Of a stretch of DNA of 64,000 nucleotides, positions 38,995 to 48,512 are shown in pieces. The translations under genes were made by a program, and so were the position numbers. Below the pieces are notes generated by a model that saw nothing but the letters and a program-made list of their open reading frames with translations, made no database searches and had not been told where the DNA came from. This stretch comes from Hydrogenobacter sp. Its GTDB lineage: Bacteria > Aquificota > Aquificia > Aquificales > Aquificaceae. Positions within the stretch are counted from its first letter, which is position 1; each line of letters begins with the position of its first letter. The stretch covers positions 23,445 to 87,444 of the forward strand of contig JBEULM010000047.1 of assembly GCA_041287335.1 (NCBI GenBank), written 5' to 3'.

Positions 38995-39021
38995 ATAAAT
39001 ACATGTTATAATTTGTCAGAT
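38995..39021 (+). repeat. Right copy of long target-site duplication, containing extended -10 TGTTATAAT
   Basis: ATAAATACATGTTATAATTTGTCAGAT directly upstream of tRNA-Val. Confidence 0.9.
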
Positions 39022-39022
39022 A

Positions 39023-39097
39023 AGGCGCGTAGCTCAGAGGGAGAGCGCTGGCCCGACACGCCAGAGGTCGGCGGTTCGAGTCCGCCCGCGCCTACCA
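39023..39097 (+). tRNA. tRNA-Val(GAC) with encoded CCA
   Basis: AGGCGCG/CGCGCCT acceptor; CTGGC-CCGACAC-GCCAG anticodon arm (C33); GGCGG-TTCGAGT-CCGCC T-arm. Confidence 0.95.
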
Positions 39098-39113
39098 TGT
39101 TATAATCTTATAT

Positions 39114-40064
39114 ATGCCTCTTGATTTTGAAAGGGAGTATGTGGAGCTTTACCAAAAAGTTGATCAATTCAAGCGTTTGTATCAACTCGGTGACAGAGAA
39201 AAAGAGGGGGAACTTAGAAGGCTACAGAGGGAATTGAGGAAAAAAGCGAGGGAAATTTACAAAAAACTTGATCCCTGGAGTAAGGTACTTGTTGCTCGCC
39301 ACCCTCAAAGACCTCATACTATGGACTATATAAGCCTCACTTTTAAAGACTTCATAGAACTGCACGGAGATAGATGTTTTGGTGATGACAAATCTATAGT
39401 TGCTGGTTTTGCTTACTTTGATGGTGTGCCTGTAGCTGTCATAGGTCACGAAAAGGGTAGAAGCACTAAAGAGAAAATGGAAAGAAACTTTGGCATGCCT
39501 CATCCGGAAGGATACAGAAAGGCTATAAGGGTTGCCAAGCTTGCTGAGAAGTATAATATGCCTGTGATAACCTTCGTTGATACACCTGGAGCTTACCCAG
39601 GTATAGGAGCAGAGGAAAGAGGGCAGTCTGAAGCTATCGCTCAAAGTCTTTACACCTTCGGCTATCTAAAGGTACCATCTATAGCTGTAGTTATAGGTGA
39701 GGGTGGATCTGGAGGGGCTCTCGCCTTGGCAGTTGCCAATAGGATACTTATGCTTGAAAACGCTATCTACTCAGTGATATCCCCAGAAGGTTGTGCTGCG
39801 ATACTTTGGAAGGATCAGTCTAAAGTAAAGGAAGCTTCCCACGCTCTAAAGCTTACAGCTCAGGATCTGTTAAAGCTGGGTGTTATTGATTATATCGTCC
39901 CTGAACCTTTGGGAGCTTCTCACATAGATCCAAAAAGGAGCGCAAAGGTGTTGAAGTATTTTCTGAGGAAGTGTTTAAGGGAACTTATCTCTAAGAGTGG
40001 GCAAGATATACTCAAAGATAGAATAAAAAAGTTTGAAAGTATGGGAGCATTTTTGGAACAATGA
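39114..40064 (+). CDS. accA: Acetyl-CoA carboxylase carboxyltransferase alpha subunit
   Basis: ARHPQRP, ELHGDR, NFGMPHPEGYRKA, DTPGAYPG, GEGGSGGA, VISPEGCA. Confidence 0.97.
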   Translation: MPLDFEREYVELYQKVDQFKRLYQLGDREKEGELRRLQRELRKKAREIYKKLDPWSKVLVARHPQRPHTMDYISLTFKDFIELHGDRCFGDDKSIVAGFAYFDGVPVAVIGHEKGRSTKEKMERNFGMPHPEGYRKAIRVAKLAEKYNMPVITFVDTPGAYPGIGAEERGQSEAIAQSLYTFGYLKVPSIAVVIGEGGSGGALALAVANRILMLENAIYSVISPEGCAAILWKDQSKVKEASHALKLTAQDLLKLGVIDYIVPEPLGASHIDPKRSAKVLKYFLRKCLRELISKSGQDILKDRIKKFESMGAFLEQ

Positions 40065-42094
40065 TCGCTGTGATTCACGGACATTTCTACCAACCTTACA
40101 GGGTAAATCCTTACGTTGGTGATGTTATGCTTGAAGATACCGCATACCCTTATGACAACTGGAACGAACGCATATACAGGGAGTGCTATCTTCCCAACGC
40201 ATACGCTCACTATAGGATAGATACGAAGGTAAAAAACATAATAAACAACTATACAAGGATAAGCTTCAACTTCGGATGGACACTTTTAGATTGGCTTGAG
40301 AAAAAACATCCCGAGCTTTTGGATAAAATCAGAGAAGGTTCACAAAACGCTATAGCCACATCCTTCAACCACACCATACTGCCTCTTGATCCAGAGGAGG
40401 ACAAAGAGATCCAAATATTCTGGGGGTTAAGAGCTTTTGAAAAATTCTTTGGTAGGAAACCTAACGGTTTCTGGCTTCCGGAACTTGCTATTGATAGAGA
40501 AACTGTTGATGTACTTGTGAAGTACGGAATAAAATACACTTTGCTCGCTCCACATCAGGTAAAAACGAAAGGAAGTTTTCTGAGGCATTATACTCAGAAG
40601 GGTCACCTTGACCTTTTTGTGTATGACGGGGAACTGTCTCACGGTGTAGCCTTCGGTGAACTTTTGAGTGATGCGGGAAGTCTTCTTGAGATACTCAAAA
40701 GTAAAAGAGAACTGATACTTATAGCGACAGATGGTGAGACCTTTGGACATCACAAAAAGTTCGGTGAGATGGGACTTGCTTATATGTTTGCAAACTCTTC
40801 ACAATTTGAAAGCTTAGAAGCCTATTACGTGAAGAACACACCCAAACTCTCTGTTGAACTAAACTGGAACACTTCCTGGAGTTGTCCCCACGGTGTGGAA
40901 AGGTGGAGAAGCGATTGTGGATGCAGTACAGGAAGTCTACCGGGCTGGCACCAAAAATGGAGGAAACCTCTCAGGGATGGTTTGGAAGCTGTAAGATCAA
41001 GAGTGAAAGAATTAGTTTACAACCAGCTGGAAGAATACTTTTTTGACGTGCATAAGGCGATTTTGGGTTTTGTAGATGTAATCTTAGGATCTTCTAAGGA
41101 GGAATACTTTAACAGATACGCAAAGCGTGAACTGAGCAAGGAAGAAAAGGTGAAGGCATTGAAGCTCTTAAATGCCATAAAATACGTTCAGCTATCCTTT
41201 TCTTCTGATGGATGGTTTTTTGCCGAGATATCCGGTGTAGAAACCGTAAAAAATCTTCTTTTTGCAAAAAGATCCATTGATCTTGTAGAGGACAACACGC
41301 TTGAAAAGATACTTCTGAGATACCTTGAGGAAGCTCCCAGTAACATACAAACTTACGGTAATGGTTTAGGTGTCTGGAAAAATCTTGTGATACCTCAGGT
41401 CTATTCACCTTACTCCATCTGGCAGTGCGCTCTTGTTATGTACCTTTCCGAGCTAAAAGATCAAAAAGATAGTATAGGCAAATGGAGTTTTGAGATTTTT
41501 GAAGATCGCAGTGTCAGACTAAAGGACACAGAAACTGAGGAAGAATTTTTATTTGAGGAGGATCTTGGGAAGTTTGATGTAACCCAGCTTCCGTCTTTGT
41601 ACGCAAAAGAGATCTTTGAGAAGTGGGCTATGGACTATATAGAGGAAGAAACTGAATTTTTCAAAGACTACAGATTTTTATTGGAAGACATGGTTTTTCA
41701 CTCAAGAACTCTTAAATTTAGTACAGCTAATCATATGAGGGAAAAGTTAAAACTCTTTTTGAAGTCAGAACTTTTGAATCTCCTTAAGAAAAAAGCCTCC
41801 CTCGAACAGGTAAGGGAAGTATTTGAAAGATCTGAAAAGCTTTCTGTAGATATAAAGGATGAACATATCGCAAGGGAGCTTGCAAACTATGTAAAAGGTG
41901 TGGCGTTTTACGCTCAAGAGGAAGAACTTATAAAACTCCTTGAGTTCGTCAGAGAATATAACCTTTCTGTCACCAAGCACGAACTTACAATTGATCTGTG
42001 GGAAGTACAAAACATGGTTTGGGATAGGCGTGGGAAGATAAAAGAAGGTAAGATCTTTGAGCTTTTGAATATGGAACTACCTTCTTCTCCTTGA
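40061..42094 (+). CDS. Glycoside hydrolase family 57 / DUF3536 protein
   Basis: HGHFYQP, WLPE, ATDGETFGHH, SWSCPHGVERW, SSDGWFF. Confidence 0.88.
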   Translation: MIAVIHGHFYQPYRVNPYVGDVMLEDTAYPYDNWNERIYRECYLPNAYAHYRIDTKVKNIINNYTRISFNFGWTLLDWLEKKHPELLDKIREGSQNAIATSFNHTILPLDPEEDKEIQIFWGLRAFEKFFGRKPNGFWLPELAIDRETVDVLVKYGIKYTLLAPHQVKTKGSFLRHYTQKGHLDLFVYDGELSHGVAFGELLSDAGSLLEILKSKRELILIATDGETFGHHKKFGEMGLAYMFANSSQFESLEAYYVKNTPKLSVELNWNTSWSCPHGVERWRSDCGCSTGSLPGWHQKWRKPLRDGLEAVRSRVKELVYNQLEEYFFDVHKAILGFVDVILGSSKEEYFNRYAKRELSKEEKVKALKLLNAIKYVQLSFSSDGWFFAEISGVETVKNLLFAKRSIDLVEDNTLEKILLRYLEEAPSNIQTYGNGLGVWKNLVIPQVYSPYSIWQCALVMYLSELKDQKDSIGKWSFEIFEDRSVRLKDTETEEEFLFEEDLGKFDVTQLPSLYAKEIFEKWAMDYIEEETEFFKDYRFLLEDMVFHSRTLKFSTANHMREKLKLFLKSELLNLLKKKASLEQVREVFERSEKLSVDIKDEHIARELANYVKGVAFYAQEEELIKLLEFVREYNLSVTKHELTIDLWEVQNMVWDRRGKIKEGKIFELLNMELPSSP

Positions 42095-44872
42095 TTGAAG
42101 TCTCTCTTTGAGGGTTTTTTTCTTGGGACCTTTTTGGTCAGCTTTTCCTTCAACACCACTGAAGATCGCCTGTTTGAGCAATCTATCCATTTGTTCTTCT
42201 TCTCTCTGCACTTCCTTCTCCACATCTTCTTGGGACTTTACCTCCACCTTTAAAAGATCCGATATGGCGTTTTCTTTAAAGTTCAGCATCATGTTTTCAA
42301 AAAGGTAAAAGGCTTCTTTCTTGTACTCCACGAGTGGGTCTTTGGAGGCATATCCCCTCAGATATATACCCTCTCTCAACCTATCAAGTATATGCAGGTG
42401 TTCCCTCCAAAGGTGATCAAGATTGTTGAGTAAAACTATTTTTGTGATTTCCGAAAAAAGGTCTTCCCCTAAGCTTGCCTCTTTTTGAATATATATATCC
42501 TTAACAGCTTGGGTGAGCTTCTCTACAAGCTCTTCCTTGTCCCTGGCTTGTGGTATATCCAGATCTCTGCCAGTAAGTTCCTTAATATAGTCCGCAAGGG
42601 CTTTTGTGTCCCAAAGTTCTGGCTCTTCTTCCGGAAGAAAGTTGTGTACCTTTTCCTCAATCAGATCCCTTATAAATTCCTCTACGTATTCTTTGATCCA
42701 CTTACCTTCCAATATGTCCCTTCTTATACTGTATACTGTAAGCCTTTGCGTGTTCATAACATTGTCATACTCAAATAATCTCTTCCTTATCTGGAAGTTT
42801 TGGGCTTCAACCCTCTTTTGCGCGTTCTGTATAGCTTTTGTGACCATCCTGCTCTCTATAGGTTCTCCTTCGGGGATCTTCAAAAACTCCATCATCTTCT
42901 TTACTCTGTCCCCCCCAAAGATACGCATGAGATCATCCTCAAGGGAGAGTATAAACCTCGTTTCACCTGGGTCCCCTTGCCTTCCTGCCCTTCCTCTGAG
43001 CTGATTATCTATTCTGCGCGATTCGTGTCTTTCAGTACCTATAACCAAAAGTCCACCAAGCTCTATAACTTTCTTTTTCTCTTCCTCCGTTACTCTGTAT
43101 GCCTCCTCCAGAGCTTCTTTCCACTCTTCCTGTGTAGCTGTCTCTAAGGTTTTACCATTCTTGGTAAGTATCTCCTTAGCCAGGTATTCTGGATTACCGC
43201 CGAGAAGTATATCCGTTCCCCTTCCAGCCATATTTGTAGATATGGTTACAGCCCCGAGCCTGCCAGCCTGCGCTATAATCTCAGCTTCCTTTTCGTGGTG
43301 TTTGGCGTTTAAGACGTTGTGAGGTATCCCAGCCTCTTTGAGTAGTTGTGAGAGATGTTCAGAATCCTCTATAGAAACTGTACCTACCAAAACGGGTCTT
43401 CCTCTTTTATGTTCTTCTTTTATATAATTTACTACGGATTGCCATTTTTCCCTTTTCGTTTTGTAAACGAGATCCGGATGGTCATACCTTTTAACAGGTT
43501 TGTGAGTCGGTACTACAACGACATCAAGCCCATATATCTCCTTAAACTCAAGAGCCTCGGTTTCTGCTGTACCTGTCATCCCCGAGAGCTTCCTGTAAAG
43601 TTTGAAGTAATTTTGAAAAGTTATGCTCGCCAGCGTTTGATTTTCCTGCTGAATAGGAACCCCTTCCTTTACCTCAATAGCTTGATGGAGACCGTCACTC
43701 CACCTCCTGCCTGGGAGAACCCTTCCTGTAAATTCATCCACTATAAGCACTTCCGAATCCCTAACTATGTAGTGAACATCCCTCTTGAAGAGCTGGTGCG
43801 CTCTTAAAGCCTGACTTATAGCGTGGAGCAGATCTATGTGCCTAACGTCGTATAAGTTATCAATGCCTAAAAGCTCTTCAGCTTTTTTTATACCTACTTC
43901 CGTGAGCAGTACAGTCCTGTTTTTTTCATCCACCGTAAAATCTTCATCCTTTTTGAGCTTCCTGACTACCTGATCGGCTTTGTAGTATGCGGATGTATCT
44001 ATCTGAGAAGGTCCAGATATAATGAGAGGAGTTCGCGCTTCGTCTATGAGTATAGAGTCCACCTCGTCCACTATAGCAAAGTTATGTCCCTTTACCTGTA
44101 CTATGTCTTCTAAGGATATCGCCATGTTATCTCTCAGATAATCAAACCCGAATTCATTATTTGTGCCGTAAGTCACGTGAGCTTCATAAGCTTCTCTTCT
44201 GTTACACGGTTCAAGTTTAGTAAAGAAGTTTTTCTTCGCTTTTGTGTTTATAAGTTCAGAAGGAAGTATCTCGTCAAAGTATCCTTTAGGCCATACACGG
44301 AGATCTTCTTCTATAGCTTCCTTTACGGATTCTTCGCTCACCCACTCTACCTTGTACGATGAGTAGTCAGAATTTATAACGCCTATATCAAGCCCCAAAA
44401 ACTTGTATATGGGACCCATCCACTGCGCATCTCTCCTTGCAAGGTAGTCGTTTACAGTAACCACATGCACCCCTTCATCCGTCAGTGCATTCACATACAC
44501 TGCGGAGGTTGCCACAAGGGTTTTTCCCTCTCCCGTCTTCATTTCAGCTATTTTCCCTTGATGAAGTACCAACCCTCCGATCAACTGAACATCAAAGAAT
44601 CTGAGTCCTATGGTTCTTTTCCCAGCCTCCCTAACTATGGCAAAAGCCAGGATCACATCTTCGGTTATGTCCCCTTTGAGTATGCTCTCCTTGAGGGATT
44701 CGTCGCTTGTGACCTTCAGATGAAGCTCTTTGGATAGTTCAACGAGTTCTTTATTGGTAAGCTCATCAAGCTCCCTCTCCTTTTCACTTATCCTTTTTAC
44801 AAAGGTCCTTAGCCTTTTTACTTCCCTATCACTTTTCGTACCTATGAGCCTTTTTATGATCCAACTTATCAT
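42077..44872 (-). CDS. secA: Preprotein translocase ATPase SecA
   Basis: MKTGEGKT, DEVDSILIDEARTPLIISG, TNMAGRGTDI, QLRGRAGRQGDPG. Confidence 0.98.
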   Translation of the reverse strand: MISWIIKRLIGTKSDREVKRLRTFVKRISEKERELDELTNKELVELSKELHLKVTSDESLKESILKGDITEDVILAFAIVREAGKRTIGLRFFDVQLIGGLVLHQGKIAEMKTGEGKTLVATSAVYVNALTDEGVHVVTVNDYLARRDAQWMGPIYKFLGLDIGVINSDYSSYKVEWVSEESVKEAIEEDLRVWPKGYFDEILPSELINTKAKKNFFTKLEPCNRREAYEAHVTYGTNNEFGFDYLRDNMAISLEDIVQVKGHNFAIVDEVDSILIDEARTPLIISGPSQIDTSAYYKADQVVRKLKKDEDFTVDEKNRTVLLTEVGIKKAEELLGIDNLYDVRHIDLLHAISQALRAHQLFKRDVHYIVRDSEVLIVDEFTGRVLPGRRWSDGLHQAIEVKEGVPIQQENQTLASITFQNYFKLYRKLSGMTGTAETEALEFKEIYGLDVVVVPTHKPVKRYDHPDLVYKTKREKWQSVVNYIKEEHKRGRPVLVGTVSIEDSEHLSQLLKEAGIPHNVLNAKHHEKEAEIIAQAGRLGAVTISTNMAGRGTDILLGGNPEYLAKEILTKNGKTLETATQEEWKEALEEAYRVTEEEKKKVIELGGLLVIGTERHESRRIDNQLRGRAGRQGDPGETRFILSLEDDLMRIFGGDRVKKMMEFLKIPEGEPIESRMVTKAIQNAQKRVEAQNFQIRKRLFEYDNVMNTQRLTVYSIRRDILEGKWIKEYVEEFIRDLIEEKVHNFLPEEEPELWDTKALADYIKELTGRDLDIPQARDKEELVEKLTQAVKDIYIQKEASLGEDLFSEITKIVLLNNLDHLWREHLHILDRLREGIYLRGYASKDPLVEYKKEAFYLFENMMLNFKENAISDLLKVEVKSQEDVEKEVQREEEQMDRLLKQAIFSGVEGKADQKGPKKKTLKERLQSRRRR

Positions 44873-44898
44873 AATTTATAATTATAGGATAGTTTTAG

Positions 44899-44922
44899 TA
44901 TATGCTGAGTGAGAAATTCCTC
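44899..44922 (-). repeat. Degenerate solo copy of the IS terminal repeat
   Basis: 44900-44919 ATATGCTGAGTGAGAAATTC is 18/20 identical to IS end ATACGTTGAGTGAGAAATTC. Confidence 0.6.
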
Positions 44923-44975
44923 TTATAGCTACACTATGTTCTTACCCAGTGTATCAAGTTCAGACCTGCAAAGAT

Positions 44976-46070
44976 TTATGAAGCTTGTCGATCTTTTATA
45001 AGCCTTATACCTCTGTATAGCCACTCTACTCCAAGAAAGCCCCTCTTTGTGTAATACTCCACCTTATCCCCAGGCTCAGCCCTTTCGTAAAAGTCCTCAG
45101 ATATATTAAAGCTATCACACCACTTCTTTTCGCTGTGAAGCCCATCAAGGAGTAGCTTTGGACCATACTTCACGTGCCAATAGACTGACCTTATCCTATC
45201 CTCTTTTCTTTGAGGTTCTGATGTGTCAAACTTGCCGTTTATGTAGGTTAGAAAGAAAAGGCTTATAAAAAAGCTACATACAAAGCACACAAAGGCGGTT
45301 TTTAAAATAACCCTCTGAACGAGGCTCTTGCCACCCACTAAAAGGGTACTTATACCCACATATAGCAATGCTATAGGAAACAGGAGCTTGGAGCCTAATA
45401 TAAAAATCTCGATATGGCAGAGCGTGTCGTATTTGTAAAAACCACCAACTATACCTATTAGAGAAAGTAAGACTGTGATGGCTATGGGAAGCTTGAGGGT
45501 AAGAAGGCTTCTCAAGTTGTCTTTATAGTGGTTAGGTTCTGGCAGTTTGTTTATCAAATTTATAAGCTCCTTTATAACTTGTGTGGCTCCTAAAACCCTT
45601 TCTTTTTCGACCTCAAAGGGGCTTTTCTTAAAGCTAAAACTGATTGAAACCTTACCCTCTCTTATCTCAAGACTATAAGCTCCAAGGTTGTAAAAGATCT
45701 CCTCTACTACTCCGTCAAAGTCCCTGTGAGAGAAAAGCCTATTTGCCCAGGCTTCATCTTCATATTCCACTGAGAGTCCTTTGTAGGTTTCTTGCATAAG
45801 TATCCTATCAAACAAATCCCTCCTTTTTATCCTCAAAAAGGCTCTTTGCTTTATATCTTTTTCAAGTTTTATATACCTGCCAGCCCTTGACTCCTTTATT
45901 GAAAGACTTACATCCTTCTCCTTTAGATCTCCGCGAGTATAAAAGGGGATAAAGCCCCTCAAGGTTATATTTCCCAGACCTTCAAAATAATTTATATGCT
46001 CCCTTCTCTTTTTTATGACAAAGTAGCCTACGAAGGCAAATATAAAAAGCCCTACAAATAAAACGGTCAT
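44976..46070 (-). CDS. Hypothetical membrane protein
   Basis: 364-aa ORF; N-terminal TM, soluble domain, three further TMs; no family recognised. Confidence 0.75.
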   Translation of the reverse strand: MTVLFVGLFIFAFVGYFVIKKRREHINYFEGLGNITLRGFIPFYTRGDLKEKDVSLSIKESRAGRYIKLEKDIKQRAFLRIKRRDLFDRILMQETYKGLSVEYEDEAWANRLFSHRDFDGVVEEIFYNLGAYSLEIREGKVSISFSFKKSPFEVEKERVLGATQVIKELINLINKLPEPNHYKDNLRSLLTLKLPIAITVLLSLIGIVGGFYKYDTLCHIEIFILGSKLLFPIALLYVGISTLLVGGKSLVQRVILKTAFVCFVCSFFISLFFLTYINGKFDTSEPQRKEDRIRSVYWHVKYGPKLLLDGLHSEKKWCDSFNISEDFYERAEPGDKVEYYTKRGFLGVEWLYRGIRLIKDRQAS

Positions 46071-46175
46071 ATTACAACCCTACCTACTCAACAATTTAAC
46101 ACAATAAAGACAAGATTTATGTTATGTTATACACTTGGCGATAACCAAAAATTATGAGTAGTTCACTAAAGTATA

Positions 46176-46640
46176 TTAGTATTTCTCACCTTGTGTGTTT
46201 TCTTTGATCACAATGTAAGTGAGGACAAATAGGAGTGAAAGTTCTACCGCAATACCTGTAAGAAAAAGATGAGTTTCAAAAGGATAGTAATACTTGAGTC
46301 TAAAAAGAAAGTACCTCAAGAGGTGTTCACAGAAAGCTATGAAGGCATAAGATACTATCAGGGAAAGACGCGTCGCAAATATCCACCTACTTTTTAAAAG
46401 CTCAAGAAGAAATGCACTGAAAAGTTTTCCCGACATATTCCATCCGAAAGTGTCATACATAATATCAAGGTAAAGTCCGGAAATTAAGGGTTTTTTAAGA
46501 TCTGTCCTATCATTCCTGCTGATATATATAAACAGATATACAAGCACGATATCCGGTACGTAAAGGTTTGATGCAAATAAGCCAGTTATTAGTGAGGCTT
46601 GCAAGAAGGCTAAAAGTATAGAAATTGTGTAAAACCTCAT
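46176..46640 (-). CDS. mreD: Rod shape-determining protein MreD
   Basis: Hydrophobic, PDIVL, GLYLDI...G; follows mreC. Confidence 0.78.
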   Translation of the reverse strand: MRFYTISILLAFLQASLITGLFASNLYVPDIVLVYLFIYISRNDRTDLKKPLISGLYLDIMYDTFGWNMSGKLFSAFLLELLKSRWIFATRLSLIVSYAFIAFCEHLLRYFLFRLKYYYPFETHLFLTGIAVELSLLFVLTYIVIKENTQGEKY

Positions 46641-47437
46641 AACTTTACCTTCACTATCACCACATATTCAAGCCGTCTTATATCAACGGAGGGTGTAACC
46701 AACACCTTTTTAAAAAACTGGTCACTCGTTTGCTCCACGCTGAACACGGTTCCTATCACAAAAGCCGGAAGAACCCTCCTTGTATCCCTCAAAAGTACAA
46801 CATCCCCTTTTTTAATCGGATCCTCAAGGTTTACGTAAAGAAGCTGACCGTACTTCCATCCGCCTCTGTATATGTAGTTTTTCCAAATACCCTCAGTGGT
46901 TGAAGAGACGGTGAGATCCTTTGAGTAAACAGTTCTAACCCTTGAGGAGCTACCAAACACCCTATCCACAAAACCTACCAGCCTATCCTTTGAGAACACC
47001 ACAAATCCCTCCTCCACGCCCTGATCTTTACCTTTATCTATAAGTAAAAAAGTATCCATCCCAGAAGGATCGTATCCCAACACACCCGCAAATATCAGGT
47101 TCTTTCCATACTCTTCTCTCTTTATGTTTAGAAGGTCAGAGATGCTTCTTAGAGATGTTTCACACGATCTTAACTCAGCTCTGTAAAGGTAAAGTTCCTG
47201 TATTTCCTTTGAAAGCGTCTCGTTCTTTTTCTCCACATTTACGAGGTATACGTATCTGTTAAAAGCTTCTTTTACAGCATTAGCTGTGTAGGTTTTCAGC
47301 CGAGTAATGGGCAAAAGTATGTTATAAAAAGTATCAAAGATAAAAGAAAAATACTTACTTGAGGAAACATTTAGAAAGTAGATGGAAGAGCTTAACAAAA
47401 AGAGAAGCATGTAAAGGAAGAACCTTTTTCTATTCAT
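46637..47437 (-). CDS. mreC: Rod shape-determining protein MreC
   Basis: TM, coiled coil, LIDKGKDQGV, P-VDIRRLEYV; follows mreB. Confidence 0.9.
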   Translation of the reverse strand: MNRKRFFLYMLLFLLSSSIYFLNVSSSKYFSFIFDTFYNILLPITRLKTYTANAVKEAFNRYVYLVNVEKKNETLSKEIQELYLYRAELRSCETSLRSISDLLNIKREEYGKNLIFAGVLGYDPSGMDTFLLIDKGKDQGVEEGFVVFSKDRLVGFVDRVFGSSSRVRTVYSKDLTVSSTTEGIWKNYIYRGGWKYGQLLYVNLEDPIKKGDVVLLRDTRRVLPAFVIGTVFSVEQTSDQFFKKVLVTPSVDIRRLEYVVIVKVKL

Positions 47438-48465
47438 TCCATGGATATTCTCTTTATAAGGTCTATCTTATCCAAAACTTTTCCAACTCCTCTTGCCACT
47501 GCGGTTATAGGATCTTCACAGTAGTATGTTTTTATCCCTACTTCTCTTTCTATTCTTACATTAAGATTCTTAAGCAGTGAGCCACCACCTGCCAGTACTA
47601 TTCCCCTTTCAGCTATATCAGAAGCGAGTTCTGGGGGCGTCCTTTCGAGGGTTATCCTTATGGCATTTATTATGGAGCTTATAACATCCTCAAGGGCTTC
47701 AGTTATGTCCCTGCTGGCAATTCTTATAGTTTTTGGAAGACCTGTTATATCTCTCCCCTTTATCTCCACCTCCCTCTCTTGATCTTCATAAACCGCACTT
47801 CCGAGTTCTATCTTTATCCTCTCACCAGTCTGCTCCCCTATAAACATGTGAAATTTTTTCTTTATATACTGTATTATTGCTTCGTTCATCTCGTCTCCAG
47901 CCACCCTAATGGAGTTGGAAACCACTACGCCAGCAAGGGATATAACCGCTATCTCTGTAGTTCCTCCACCTATGTCAACGATCATGCTCCCCACAGGTTC
48001 TTCTATGGGTAGTCCGGCTCCTATCGCCGCAGCCATGGGTTCTGGGATCAGATACACTTCCCGCGCTCCAGCTCCTTTTGCTGCATCTACCACAGCCCTC
48101 TTTTCCACCTGAGTAACACCAGAAGGTACACCTATGACTATACGGGGCTTAGGTCTGAATATACCTCCACCAATAGCCTGATCTATAAAGTAGGATAGCA
48201 TCACTTGGGTAGCCTCAAAATCCGTTATTACGCCGTCCCTGAGCGGTCTTATAGCTTGTATGTTTTCTGGAGTTTTTCCAAGCATCTCTTTTGCCTCTCT
48301 ACCTACCGCTATTACCCTTTTAGTTCTCGTGTCTATAGCTACTATTGAAGGTTCGTAAAGGACTATACCCTTGCTGTCCGAATATATCACCGTGTTGGCC
48401 GTACCGAGATCAATGCCTATGTTGTTTGAGAAAAAGCCTAAAAAAGACATAACTTTCTCAAGCAT
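47434..48465 (-). CDS. mreB: Actin-like rod shape protein MreB
   Basis: IGIDLGTANT, PLRDGVI, EPMAAAIG, VDIGGGTT, LAGGGSL. Confidence 0.97.
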   Translation of the reverse strand: MLEKVMSFLGFFSNNIGIDLGTANTVIYSDSKGIVLYEPSIVAIDTRTKRVIAVGREAKEMLGKTPENIQAIRPLRDGVITDFEATQVMLSYFIDQAIGGGIFRPKPRIVIGVPSGVTQVEKRAVVDAAKGAGAREVYLIPEPMAAAIGAGLPIEEPVGSMIVDIGGGTTEIAVISLAGVVVSNSIRVAGDEMNEAIIQYIKKKFHMFIGEQTGERIKIELGSAVYEDQEREVEIKGRDITGLPKTIRIASRDITEALEDVISSIINAIRITLERTPPELASDIAERGIVLAGGGSLLKNLNVRIEREVGIKTYYCEDPITAVARGVGKVLDKIDLIKRISME

Positions 48466-48512
48466 ATCTCCTCCTATTTAACATTTTATCAAAAAGGCAT
48501 TAACTTATAAGT

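Noticed and set aside
46080-46192. Weak IS-end-like strings (CTACTCAAC, GTTCACTAAAGTATA, ATTTCTCACC)
   Set aside because: Short matches, one inside the mreD coding end; compatible with chance
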